From: a virus
Direction: 5' to 3' (one strand)
Virus record (IMG/VR): IMGVR_UViG_3300047445_000314
Location: 35,207-99,206 of that record
DNA length: 64,000 nucleotides
Under the pieces are notes generated by a model. It saw nothing but the letters and a program-made list of their open reading frames with translations. It was not told where the DNA came from and did not search any database. A program made the translations under genes and the position numbers. Of this stretch, positions 25,701 to 35,208 are shown piece by piece (the first letter of the stretch is position 1; each line of letters starts with the position of its first letter).

Positions 25701-28235
25701 GCCAAACAACTGGGCCTGGATTCGACCAATGCAGTCAAGGCCGGGGTGGAGGACTCCAGCGAGGCGCTGGCGGTGTTCGTCAATAAAACCACCAGCATCT
25801 TCACAGACGCCAGCGCCATTATCTTCACACAGATGGTGGTCCCTCTTATCGAAGCACGCGATGCTCGCGATAAGCTGCTAGTCGATATTGCAGAGCAGCA
25901 GAAGATACTCGACAACCCCGGCGCAAGCAAACAGGACAAGAAAGAGGCCACTGAACGGCTGGCAGAGTACAACGAGCAGCTTAAGGCCGCTAAGGAGACC
26001 TTCCGCCTGTTCGGCGTGGCGATTAGCGATGTCAGCAAAAAGATAGCCGAGATGAAGGGCGTTCCGCAGAATGTCCTGGACTCGGTCGCCCTCGTACTGG
26101 GGATTGCAAATACCAAAGAAGTGACGCTCGCCTCCGCGAAGGCTATCAAGACGGAGCTTGCCACCGCCAAGCAGCAGGGCACCCCATTGACCGGTGCCGA
26201 TGCAGGTAAGACGCTGGATAAGCCGAAGGCGACCGGCAGCAACACGGTTGATCCAAAGGGTGGAGAGAGTGAAGCGCGTAAGCTGGCGAAAGCGAAGGCC
26301 GACCTTATCCGCGCCCAACTAGAGGCAGAAGCTGCGATAAAAAAGCAAGCCAACGACAATGCCTTGCAAGAGGACCAGCGCCGGTTCGATCGTGGTCTGA
26401 TCGATCTGAGGGAGTTCTACCGGGAAAAGGCGCGAATCGACACCAACAACCTGAATATCGAGATCAACCTGAAGCAGGATGAGATCGACAATAAGCTGAA
26501 GGAACGCGGCGATAAGTCATTCAAGGAATCCGACCGTGTCAAGATCGACAAAGAACTGGCTATCTTGCGAGGACAGAAGGCGGTTCTGATATCCAGGGTC
26601 AACGAGATACCAGCACAGACTGCGGAAACGATCCGCAGGGCGGTAAAAACCTTCAATGAAGGGGTATTGGCCGACAAGCTCAACCTGGTCAAGGCCTTCG
26701 GCCTGGATGACGCCGAACAGGCAATGAAGGACCAATTTACCCTGATCGAGAGCCAGATCGAGGAGCGTATCCAGACATTGGAGACCGCGTTGTCGAAGAA
26801 GCGGCCAGGTATTACACGCGGCCTCATCGACGGTCTCAAGCTGGATGCGCTGGTTAAAGCTATCGACCCGCTTTTGCAATCAATTGCAGATCGGGCGCGC
26901 TTGACCGCCGACGCGGTGCAGAATGCCTTTAACCGTATCGCCTTCCTGCGCAATCAGGGAAAGGTCACCGATAAGCAAGTCGAGCAGTTCACCAATCTGG
27001 CCAACGCGGAACAGGCGGTGGCGATCCAGCGACAGATCGACGATACCGAACGCCTGATCGCAATCAATAATCGCGAGATCGAGACCAAGATGCTTGCGGC
27101 AGGTGCTACCCGCGAGAATATCCGTGCGGCCATCGAGCAGGATGTCGCTTACCAGCAGAATATCAATGCACTGGACGGCCTGAAGCTGAAGTACCAGGAG
27201 TTGACGGCGGTAGTCGACGAGACGGCGACATCAATCAACCATGCGCTGGAAGCGGGTATCAGCAATTCGCTAACCAATGCGATGAGCCGCAGCTTTGGTG
27301 GCATCCGCCGCATGCTGGGCAACCTGCTGACCGACCTCGGTCATGCGATCCGCGAATCCGTCGCCAAGGAATTCTCCCAGACCATCATCAAGGATGTGCT
27401 CGGTGGCGGCGGCACGGGTGGTATCGGCGGCTTCTTCTCCGGTCTATTGCGGGGGGCTGGCGACGGCCCGAAGGCGCTGATCGATAAGGACAAGCTGGGT
27501 CGCACCAAGGATAGCGCGATGTACGTCCGGCTGGCCGACGCGCAGGATGCGCTGGTCAACCCACAAGGGCAAGGCCAGGACAGCGCGTTCGGCCCTACCC
27601 CCAACGGCGAGACGCTGAGCCTCAAGGATTTCAGTAAGGAGACCCAGGACGCGGTCGGTGCGGCGGAGGACGGCGCTACCAAGATACTCGCCAGCGCCGG
27701 TAATGTGTTCGCCGAGCGCGGCCTGCAAGGCGTGGTAGAGCAGGGTATCGGCAGCGTCAAGAAATCGCTGGTGAGCGGCGTATTGAACCTGTCCAACGAT
27801 ACCAAGGGCGGCGGTATATTCGGGGATTTCTTCAAGGCGGTCGGTAGTACCTTTAAAGAAGCACTAAAGGGTATCGGTGATCTGCTCGGTTCTGCTTTAT
27901 CGGGGGTGGGAGGCATTCTCAGCGGTGTATTCCACACGGGCGGCGTGGTCGGTGAAGGCTCCGCCATGGCAACCGTGTCGCCTATGGTGTTTGCCAATGC
28001 GATACGCTACCATACTGGTGGCCTGGCAGGGTTGAAGCCGAATGAGGTACCTGCCATCCTGCAAAAAGGGGAAGAGGTATTGACCGCGAACAGCCCACGC
28101 CACCGCGACAACATTGCCGTGGCACCGAAGGCACCACCGGTCAACTTGCAATTGTCGGTACATCCGGACGCGCTGAACATGACCTTGCGCGACTGGTTCG
28201 AGTCAGAGCTGGCGCGCATTCACGCCAACCGGTAA
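22776..28235 (+). CDS. tape measure protein
   Basis: 1819 aa, Ala-rich helical; TP901-like N-terminal core; C-terminal FHTGGVVG...NEVPAILQKGEEVL. Confidence 0.95.
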   Translation: MADSQLNVTIQARDELSPDLNRLESKLIRFVGAVTSALAAIKISGLPISTAGDLERELANVKKTTGFTTTQILDLNDGLLKLSLHSDQSALNLAKISSAAGQQGLGGAGVAGVLKFTDSIARMASVLDIEVGKAGSDMGKLLNIFKIDINDVEKAASGFNEVTNHGAINAGNLLDAVKRIGAAAGSINATPLENLRDAITLGATGIELGLSPEVVGTSFTKILVQLKTKRADIIKALSRAEGKPVTEDEWLADVEKSGINAYLRLTKALRTFTGAGQAELISRTQGQGRIFGLGDKALQDVNDDLIRKNRANAAKGIDTGTSALREQQTVLNTFNAQVETLKNSLFKLAADGGQPLLAVLTKYVGQLALALQAPGMRAFIGAVVKSFGDMIDLAVSLTKAVSALGINWENFIKVVKVLLTVKAVSYFLNLATSLPIISGLLKKVTADTAAVGAAATGAGAAVGASNAKQMNSWEALRASVKKTADAYRTASAERIAAAEKEAAATAALAAKAAASFAEKDAAIVAAYQTKVAKSAAAASQKQSQPALNQARVSLNTAQGAVAAAITSGNAAIQNGDAALANATNTGQVGVDKAVAIGQAKRAAALKEHEAQMAAIEAEARGKRTAVDKEAKAFALAQEEAFYTKQLASLKVADAKRIQQAKVAADALLLTTTQRVEQEILAENAKLLAMQKGAAQANIANVIAIKNAEQLAKLRANAAAGILPIVPTTGPGLGGGPAPASPTPLPRAPAGGLFAGLSKLEVLAVGLTAVGNALKFVLRWLGPVYLGFIILGSIADALGWVDILPKALRNLGDWLGFSSEAARKEAQAMEESTAAMKRKNDRIKEQVDQYKELLLINGKLDKNKSDDVTNKIKLNTDAKTKAQGVDQLGALLSAARLVNTDALTEASAQPAVDAAKKNELDAFPAKIAKAKAELAQLQKSLQDSNTETAGFFATAVEKRTVELKTIEDAYAIASGHAKQLGLDSTNAVKAGVEDSSEALAVFVNKTTSIFTDASAIIFTQMVVPLIEARDARDKLLVDIAEQQKILDNPGASKQDKKEATERLAEYNEQLKAAKETFRLFGVAISDVSKKIAEMKGVPQNVLDSVALVLGIANTKEVTLASAKAIKTELATAKQQGTPLTGADAGKTLDKPKATGSNTVDPKGGESEARKLAKAKADLIRAQLEAEAAIKKQANDNALQEDQRRFDRGLIDLREFYREKARIDTNNLNIEINLKQDEIDNKLKERGDKSFKESDRVKIDKELAILRGQKAVLISRVNEIPAQTAETIRRAVKTFNEGVLADKLNLVKAFGLDDAEQAMKDQFTLIESQIEERIQTLETALSKKRPGITRGLIDGLKLDALVKAIDPLLQSIADRARLTADAVQNAFNRIAFLRNQGKVTDKQVEQFTNLANAEQAVAIQRQIDDTERLIAINNREIETKMLAAGATRENIRAAIEQDVAYQQNINALDGLKLKYQELTAVVDETATSINHALEAGISNSLTNAMSRSFGGIRRMLGNLLTDLGHAIRESVAKEFSQTIIKDVLGGGGTGGIGGFFSGLLRGAGDGPKALIDKDKLGRTKDSAMYVRLADAQDALVNPQGQGQDSAFGPTPNGETLSLKDFSKETQDAVGAAEDGATKILASAGNVFAERGLQGVVEQGIGSVKKSLVSGVLNLSNDTKGGGIFGDFFKAVGSTFKEALKGIGDLLGSALSGVGGILSGVFHTGGVVGEGSAMATVSPMVFANAIRYHTGGLAGLKPNEVPAILQKGEEVLTANSPRHRDNIAVAPKAPPVNLQLSVHPDALNMTLRDWFESELARIHANR
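26874..26889. repeat. motif copy 12 (TTGCAATCAATTGCAG), in CDS (LQSIA)
   Basis: One mismatch. Confidence 0.85.
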
Positions 28236-28258
28236 CACTAGGTAAAACAGGAGGTACT

Positions 28259-28477
28259 ATGTCCATTACAATCCATCCACAAGCCATCCGCCCCGACGCC
28301 ACCGCTGTGGCGGTGCTGCGCGGTCCGGCCAACGTCAGCGTGATCTGGTCGTTGACCGGAGCAGGCACACTCACACACGCGTCGGAGCGGACGGACGGGC
28401 AAGGTATCGCTACTGCCTTATTTACGCCCAGTGCCGCTGACCAGACGGCGATCATCTCCGCGCAGTACGCTGAATAA
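28259..28477 (+). CDS. small Ig-like (Big_1-like) virion protein
   Basis: RBS AGGAGG; VIWSL...TDGQGIATALF. Confidence 0.6.
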   Translation: MSITIHPQAIRPDATAVAVLRGPANVSVIWSLTGAGTLTHASERTDGQGIATALFTPSAADQTAIISAQYAE

Positions 28478-28486
28478 GGAGAGGCA

Positions 28487-29653
28487 ATGTCAATTGATCT
28501 CTACTATCACCGTCCCACGGATAGTGGCGCGTGGCTGACCGGTATGCTATGGCTGGATACGGTCGGCGTATGTACCCTGATCGCGTCGGCGGAAGGGCAG
28601 CCCAACCTATATGGCATCCTGCAACTTGATGGTAGCTGGGATACGCGTAGCGTCAGCATCTATACCCCGCCCGACACGGCGCAGGCCTGGTTCGGCCCCG
28701 ACCTGTCCCTCAAAGAATCCATGGTGATGGTCACACAAAAGGTGATCATCACCGGCACCAGTGATCTGTTCAAATGGGACTACGAGGCGTTCTATATGGA
28801 GCCGCGCACCGGTTCGATACGCTACAGCGGCGGTGCTCCGCTCCAGCTCAATAGTGACACCATGCACGAAGAGTATGCCGCCCCTTTCACGGGTGGTGCA
28901 CTGCCCTCCCAGATCAAAGGCTTTCTAGGCGCGACGGCGGATCGCCTGCTATTCCACGGCCTGCTGCGCAACCTTGGCCTGGAGCCACCCTACACGCATG
29001 AGGACGTCTGTCTATTCAGCTTCCCGCGCAGCGCCAGCGAAGTGCAGGCGTTCACTATGGAAGCAGTACTGGTACCCGCGCAGATCGGCGTCGGTACGGT
29101 GCCGACCGTGTCATTCGCCAGCATGTCGTTGTCGGATACGGCAGGCGCTTGCTGGATCACCTTGGTCGCCAGCTATACCAGTGGACCGGCGCGCGCCTTG
29201 ATGCTGAAGTATGACCATGTTAATCAGGTGATCCTTGACAAGACCTACGCGCCGAGCGTGTCACCAACCGATATGTTCGACAATGTCAAGGGCGTGTGGT
29301 GGAGCGAGCGCTTCCAGGTCTTCGTCGGCGTGGAGCGCACCAATATCAACCTGTACGCGCGCCAGCGGGTGCCCTACGCGCTGAGCAACCCCGCGCTAAC
29401 CGGCACCTTGTCTGCAGGTAAGTCAGGCAAGATACGGGTAAAAGTTACTAGCGACTTGCCGGTTGTCTACCCACTCGCTACCAGTGGCGAAGTGTGCGCA
29501 GGTACGCAGGTAGCCTGGTCCAGCAGCACCGCAGGCGTCTTCTCCCCTACCGTGAGTATTACAGGCGCGGATGGCTATGCCGAAACCACGTTCTACCCGG
29601 ACCTTGGTATCACGGGTAGCTGCAACATTACCGCCACCGTTGTGTTCCCATAA
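28487..29653 (+). CDS. tail protein with C-terminal Ig-like domain
   Basis: VAWSS...TGADGYAETTF...ITATV. Confidence 0.6.
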   Translation: MSIDLYYHRPTDSGAWLTGMLWLDTVGVCTLIASAEGQPNLYGILQLDGSWDTRSVSIYTPPDTAQAWFGPDLSLKESMVMVTQKVIITGTSDLFKWDYEAFYMEPRTGSIRYSGGAPLQLNSDTMHEEYAAPFTGGALPSQIKGFLGATADRLLFHGLLRNLGLEPPYTHEDVCLFSFPRSASEVQAFTMEAVLVPAQIGVGTVPTVSFASMSLSDTAGACWITLVASYTSGPARALMLKYDHVNQVILDKTYAPSVSPTDMFDNVKGVWWSERFQVFVGVERTNINLYARQRVPYALSNPALTGTLSAGKSGKIRVKVTSDLPVVYPLATSGEVCAGTQVAWSSSTAGVFSPTVSITGADGYAETTFYPDLGITGSCNITATVVFP

Positions 29654-29655
29654 TC

Positions 29656-32562
29656 ATGATCAAACAAGTCTTCCTCTCGGATATCCTGCCGTACGAGCAC
29701 TACTACCAGCCAGCTCCTGGGTTCTACCCGTCAGACAACGATGTGCCGTTGACACCCAAGGAGGAGTACTTCTGGCGCGGGACCAGGTTCACCAAGAAAC
29801 GGCCCGGCAAAATATTCACCAGCGTACACTACATGGCCGTGGGGCCGCTCGACAACCAGCGCAACCCGCTGCGGCGCTGGGCGCAGTCGGTCACGATCCT
29901 GGGTATTAATTTTATGGAGGCGGTTCCGAAAACGACACCGACCGGGGATTTCGTCATCTGGGTCGTGGCCACAGTGGCGACGGACTACTGGCCAGCATGG
30001 GATATCATCGGATGGGAGATCGACGGCGCTACCGGTGAGTTCATCCGCTTTACGGATTCGACCTCGAACATGGGTACCATCGACTTTAGGTGGGCCAAGA
30101 TGGGCCGCAATCTGCAAATGATCGTCAATCGCGGCTTTGTCGGATTCGGTAATTACTACAGCCTGCACGCGGTCAACCCGAACAACGGCGACCCGTTCGG
30201 CAACGGCACCGAGATCGATCTGACCCGGTTTGTCGGCTGGGATAATAATTTTATTTGCTTCGATATCCAGCAGGACGTCGCCTTGATTGTCACCTCCGAT
30301 ACGCCACCAAGCTGCATCTCCGTGCACCACTTCTCCACCGGGGAGTTGATCCGCCATGTCCCTGCCTCCGGCATGCCTGTTGACGCGCACTGGGAAGACC
30401 AGAACCGCGCCTATGTCGTCTCCTCTACCGGCGTGATCACGCTGATCGATTTCGTTACCGGCGAGACCATGTCGGCCACCCAGCTTGATCTGCCTGGCAA
30501 TCCATGGAAGACCGGATATGACCGGTTCCTGAAGCGATTGTTGTTCATCGAGCGGACTCCAGACGCCTACGGGACCGGAGCCAGCACCCTGCGCGTCAAA
30601 GGCTACCGCAACCTGCCAGTGGAGACCCGCATCACCAAGCCAGTACCTCTAGCGCGCCCACGCGTCGGCAGCCGTACGCCGTTCGTTGCGCGTATCGTCG
30701 GCAGCATCGGCGAATCTATCGGCGGGCCGAACGTCACCGCATCGCTCGACAACGGTAACGGCACGCTGATCGACCAGGTGTGTCCATCCGATGGCTACGG
30801 CTACACTCGTTTTAATGTGACCGGCGTGACCGCAGGCGCGGGTACCTTGACCCTGTCGTGCAATGGCAGCGCCAGCACCTTTACGACACCTTCCTATGTA
30901 CATACCATGGTGGTGAAGCTCGACAGCTTGTTCTACCTCGGCAAAGAATACTACCTGCCAGAGCCGATCAATACCTCGTACATCGCCACCGCCCCGGACA
31001 GTACCATCCATGACGTGGCTGTGGGGCTGGCGCAGTCGGTCAACCAGGCCCCGCGCCGCGCCGTTTCCGGCTACGTGACCGGGGATGCGGATGGCGAGGT
31101 ACAAGGCACGATCACCGATGCGGAAGGGCACACCGCCGCGCTGTCAGGAAATGTAGACAGTGGCTTCTTCTTTGGTTTTATTCCTGGCGGCGACCTGATG
31201 GGGCACATCACCGGCACGGTCACCGGGTTCAATGGCGGGACCGGCAGCGGCACCCTGGTAGGGGATATTGTCACCGCGTCGGCAGGCAGTGACACCGTCA
31301 CCATCACGGGCGTGCCGCCCGGCTCGCGCGCTGTCCTTACCGCGCGCAATCTACCTGACCCGCAGGAAGACAAAGTACTACTCGGTGATGGTGAGCCGCA
31401 ACGTAATCCGTTCGGCGGTAACGTCTTAGAGCAGTGGCAGCTCGATCCTATCATAACCGGCCCTAATATCGGTACCCCTAAGCTGTGGAACGGTACGCAT
31501 TTTGTCGCAGTCAATGGCTTTGGTCGCTCAGTAAATGCTGCTGGCCCACTATGGCTGAGCACAGACGGTCTCAACTATACGCAGATGTCTTACACCGATT
31601 CAGAAGTCTTATTCGATGTATTGATCTGCATAGATGGCAGGTATTTTGGCTCCAGGCAGTCGCCGGGGTGGGTGCACATTTACTACTCAGATGACCTGAT
31701 GCACTGGACCAAGGGCGAATTTGGCATATACCCGAGTGGTACCGATTGGGATAGTGGTAGTGTAATCGTCGATATCATTAAGGTAGGCAGTACACTGGTT
31801 GCCCTTCGTAAAAATAACGAGATCATGACCAGTACCGATAACGGCGCTACGTGGGTGCATCGTATCAACGTGGTTACTCCGCTTGATTTGCGATGGCAGC
31901 TCACTAATACGCTTAATTTCGAGACCCTGTCCATAGCCTACGGTAATGGCGTGTGCGTCGTGATAGGGTCGCCAGGTATCGGAGGTAGCCCCATCGCCTC
32001 TAACCATATTTTCTCATTCTCCAGCTTCGACGGCCCCGTAACCGAAACCATCTACCCTTACCCTATTCCAAAGGATATCTGCTTGTACCAGGTGCGATTC
32101 ATTGATGGGTACTTCTATGCGATAGGGGCTAGGTTAGTTGTCACTGTTCCCCCCTATCTGGAAGGCTACAGTGTCGCCGCGCCGTGGATTCTACGCGGCA
32201 CAAATGGCGTGGACTGGACGGACGTCACACCCTACCCCGCCCTGGCGCGCAGCGAGCAGATGAAAGGCTCCGACGCCGACCGCATCTTCCGCATGGACAG
32301 CGGTCTGTTCGTCATCGTGGGCTGGGCCATGATACTAACCAGCCCTGACGGCATCACCTGGACGGAACACCCGCGCGTTGGTTTTGAGATGATGGGAGGG
32401 GCTTCTAATGGAACGATTATCGCGCTCAAGGAACATGATTGGACCGACCCCATACCTGGTGCCCTCTATCAGCAATTTATAATCAGGTTCAACATGACCA
32501 TCTACGACCCCGCCACGGAGGCCTACACGCCGCCTCTCGGTAGCATCTACGACGGGCCGTAA
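29656..32562 (+). CDS. tail/receptor-binding protein with Ig-like domain and Asp-box beta-propeller
   Basis: STDGLNY, SDDLMHW, STDNGATW, GTNGVDW, SPDGITW repeats. Confidence 0.7.
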   Translation: MIKQVFLSDILPYEHYYQPAPGFYPSDNDVPLTPKEEYFWRGTRFTKKRPGKIFTSVHYMAVGPLDNQRNPLRRWAQSVTILGINFMEAVPKTTPTGDFVIWVVATVATDYWPAWDIIGWEIDGATGEFIRFTDSTSNMGTIDFRWAKMGRNLQMIVNRGFVGFGNYYSLHAVNPNNGDPFGNGTEIDLTRFVGWDNNFICFDIQQDVALIVTSDTPPSCISVHHFSTGELIRHVPASGMPVDAHWEDQNRAYVVSSTGVITLIDFVTGETMSATQLDLPGNPWKTGYDRFLKRLLFIERTPDAYGTGASTLRVKGYRNLPVETRITKPVPLARPRVGSRTPFVARIVGSIGESIGGPNVTASLDNGNGTLIDQVCPSDGYGYTRFNVTGVTAGAGTLTLSCNGSASTFTTPSYVHTMVVKLDSLFYLGKEYYLPEPINTSYIATAPDSTIHDVAVGLAQSVNQAPRRAVSGYVTGDADGEVQGTITDAEGHTAALSGNVDSGFFFGFIPGGDLMGHITGTVTGFNGGTGSGTLVGDIVTASAGSDTVTITGVPPGSRAVLTARNLPDPQEDKVLLGDGEPQRNPFGGNVLEQWQLDPIITGPNIGTPKLWNGTHFVAVNGFGRSVNAAGPLWLSTDGLNYTQMSYTDSEVLFDVLICIDGRYFGSRQSPGWVHIYYSDDLMHWTKGEFGIYPSGTDWDSGSVIVDIIKVGSTLVALRKNNEIMTSTDNGATWVHRINVVTPLDLRWQLTNTLNFETLSIAYGNGVCVVIGSPGIGGSPIASNHIFSFSSFDGPVTETIYPYPIPKDICLYQVRFIDGYFYAIGARLVVTVPPYLEGYSVAAPWILRGTNGVDWTDVTPYPALARSEQMKGSDADRIFRMDSGLFVIVGWAMILTSPDGITWTEHPRVGFEMMGGASNGTIIALKEHDWTDPIPGALYQQFIIRFNMTIYDPATEAYTPPLGSIYDGP

Positions 32563-32619
32563 TCCTGTACAGCCGGGCAGGGCCGTAGTATCCTGTCGCG
32601 GGCTAAGTAGTAACTGCGT

Positions 32620-32635
32620 TTGAAATTGATTGCAA
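32620..32635. repeat. motif copy 13 (TTGAAATTGATTGCAA), intergenic
   Basis: Exact consensus. Confidence 0.9.
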
Positions 32636-32663
32636 ATATTTGTAGGTATATCGAGGGAACGGT

Positions 32664-33194
32664 ATGACGACCATCACCAGCTTTGCGAACTTCACTATAC
32701 TGGCCACCACCCCCGTCACTGAGGAGGTGGCGATACGTGTGCTGCCTCTCGGGTCCAGCGCGGCAGGTACCGGTCGCCTGGTGCACCCAACACTGGGTAC
32801 GCTGGATTACCCGTACTCCCCGGACCAGTGGGAAGGTTTCGACACCGACCTGATCGTGCCGCCGATCTGGGCCTCCACCACTACCCTGACCGGCGCAGCT
32901 AATACGCTCTGGGGCGGATCGATCCAGGACGTGCAACCGGTAGAGCATTGGAACAGCGACATCTCCATGCCGATGGAGTTTGTGCGAATGTTGGTCAATT
33001 TCTGGATGAACCCACCCGCGCCGGAGGATAGCTATGTGGTATGGTCGCCCTCCTACGCCAACGACCTGTCGTATAATGTCATCCTCACCTCGGTCGGCTC
33101 GGCGGGCGGCGAGCTGTCCCTGAACTACGTCTCGCGCAAGGGCTGGTTGCAGGGCGAGCTGGTGCTTAAAATGCGGGTGGTGAGCCGTGCTTAG
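32664..33194 (+). CDS. minor tail protein (distal-tail-like)
   Basis: Synteny and size. Confidence 0.5.
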   Translation: MTTITSFANFTILATTPVTEEVAIRVLPLGSSAAGTGRLVHPTLGTLDYPYSPDQWEGFDTDLIVPPIWASTTTLTGAANTLWGGSIQDVQPVEHWNSDISMPMEFVRMLVNFWMNPPAPEDSYVVWSPSYANDLSYNVILTSVGSAGGELSLNYVSRKGWLQGELVLKMRVVSRA

Positions 33195-34647
33195 CGTATG
33201 GGAGGCCCTGCCGCTGAACGCCACGGTGACGGCGCGGGTATTCCGTCACCCCACCGCGTCGCCTGCCGAAGTACTGGCAGGCACAGCCACGGACGGCGTG
33301 GAACTGACCGCCATGGTTGAATCGATCACGCACACCTCCAGTGAGCTGTCGATCCGGCTGCGCTGGCATATGGAGCTGTATGCGGCGGGCCAGCAGCCGT
33401 GCGTGCGCGAGGTGCTTGAAGTGCGCATGAATGACCGGCCGCTGTGTATTGCCATCACGGACACCATCAACGACTACGGCGAATCGCGCGGTGAGCGCAG
33501 GATGACCGTAGTAGCCCGCTCGCGCGATAGCTCGCCGCTGTGGCGGCAGTCCAAGATCGCCACCTCGTCCTACTCCATGACGACGGACTTGAGTAGCATC
33601 GCGCGGGAGATACTAGGCTTTCTGCACATGACGGACGCGGAAATCGACATGCCGTCCTCGCTTGGCGTCTTCACCGTGCATACCTCGACCCAGATGGCCG
33701 ACATGACTGCCTGGGAGATGCTGACCACGCTCATGCAACCCAGCGGCATCGAACCATATGTCGATGCGCTAGGGCGCTTCAAGACCGTCTCGCGTGGCTT
33801 CAGCCGCAGCGCGACACATATCCTGTCGGCGGACCGTATCATATCGATCGGCGGCGTGCGCTCGATCGCACCCACCACCAAGGTGCGGGTAAAATGGCTG
33901 GACCCGAACCTGAGCAAGACGTTCAATACCGAACAGAAGCTGGCTGACGCCACCATCACCGCTGGTTTCTTCCAGGCCACGCAGGAGAAGGACGTGTACT
34001 TCAGCGACGACCAGTTGCAGCGCGCAGACGATTGCCGATTAGTAATCAAGCAGTCCTGCAACAGCGGGCCGATGGATGTCGCCAGCGAGGAGTTCACTAT
34101 GGTCTCACAGACACAGGGGCGCATCACGCTCACCACCGTACCGTGGGTGTCACTGGCTGCATTGGGGGCCATGTACGTTATGGCGCGTACCGGCGATGTC
34201 GGGGATATCGCTCCGCCATTCGGCGGCATCACGGTCACGGTCGGGCGCAGGCTGCACGCCATTGCAGAGGTTGCGCTGATGCTGATCATCATGAGTATCG
34301 GTACCGGTGTCTACGAAATCTGGGGCACGCCGTTTGACTACGTCCACGCCACCAACACCACCATTGCCTACTCGGAGACCGCACCCGACTGGGCGGAATC
34401 GATCATGGAGATCAGCAACGACTTCGTCATGAACGAGGAGATGGCGCAAGGGCTGGCGGTGCGCGAGCTGGTTTATGCCTGCCTTGCGGCGAATTCGTAC
34501 ACCATGGCCCTGGTCGACGACCCGAGTATTGAGCGCGGAGATATCCTGGAAATGCCGGATAGTTCGCGCTTTTACGTAACGGACTACAGCCGCGAGACCG
34601 GACGCGGCAAGCCGCACACCTTTTCGGTCACTGGTTTCCGTATATAG
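33187..34647 (+). CDS. tail tip / baseplate hub protein
   Basis: PYVDALGRF...DDPSIERGDIL...FYVT hub-like motifs. Confidence 0.65.
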   Translation: MLSVWEALPLNATVTARVFRHPTASPAEVLAGTATDGVELTAMVESITHTSSELSIRLRWHMELYAAGQQPCVREVLEVRMNDRPLCIAITDTINDYGESRGERRMTVVARSRDSSPLWRQSKIATSSYSMTTDLSSIAREILGFLHMTDAEIDMPSSLGVFTVHTSTQMADMTAWEMLTTLMQPSGIEPYVDALGRFKTVSRGFSRSATHILSADRIISIGGVRSIAPTTKVRVKWLDPNLSKTFNTEQKLADATITAGFFQATQEKDVYFSDDQLQRADDCRLVIKQSCNSGPMDVASEEFTMVSQTQGRITLTTVPWVSLAALGAMYVMARTGDVGDIAPPFGGITVTVGRRLHAIAEVALMLIIMSIGTGVYEIWGTPFDYVHATNTTIAYSETAPDWAESIMEISNDFVMNEEMAQGLAVRELVYACLAANSYTMALVDDPSIERGDILEMPDSSRFYVTDYSRETGRGKPHTFSVTGFRI

Positions 34648-34655
34648 GAGCAGCT

Positions 34656-35177
34656 ATGTCCATACTGACCTACCTCATCGACGCGAACATCCAGGACCTG
34701 AAGGATGAGTTCGACGCCAAGACGCTGACGCGGCCCTCGCTTACCTTGTCCGATGGCCTGAACAAGTCGTATTGCGTGGACCTGGACATCGGGCAAAAGA
34801 ATCCGCTGCGCAACGTCCCTATCGCATCCGGTAGCAAGGATGCCTACTATGCCGATGTCGGCTCGGCGGTGCGGGTGCGGCGCTCGGCGTCCGGCTGGTT
34901 TGAAGTCATCGGGCTATCCAAGCGCATGCCTGGTACTTTCACGGAGGTGCCCGTTACCATTCCGCAATTCCGCTTCGGCCCGCAGACGGTCTACGGTGGC
35001 AGCCCGGTCCCGATCTCGTCGGGCGGCGTCGTAGTCGGTACGCCCGTGGCGTCCGGTATCACCTCGCGCATCCTCGCCTATTCTGAGCTGGAGCCATATG
35101 GCAGTATCCCCTATGGATCGGTCGCCTTCTACCGCGCCGGGGTATTCATCGGCTACGACCTGTCCTCCGTTGCATAA
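34656..35177 (+). CDS. tail tip protein (OB-fold-like)
   Basis: VDLDIG...LRNVPIA...VGSAVRV. Confidence 0.5.
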   Translation: MSILTYLIDANIQDLKDEFDAKTLTRPSLTLSDGLNKSYCVDLDIGQKNPLRNVPIASGSKDAYYADVGSAVRVRRSASGWFEVIGLSKRMPGTFTEVPVTIPQFRFGPQTVYGGSPVPISSGGVVVGTPVASGITSRILAYSELEPYGSIPYGSVAFYRAGVFIGYDLSSVA

Positions 35178-35208
35178 CACCGGTACACACTGATTAAGGC
35201 ACACCATC

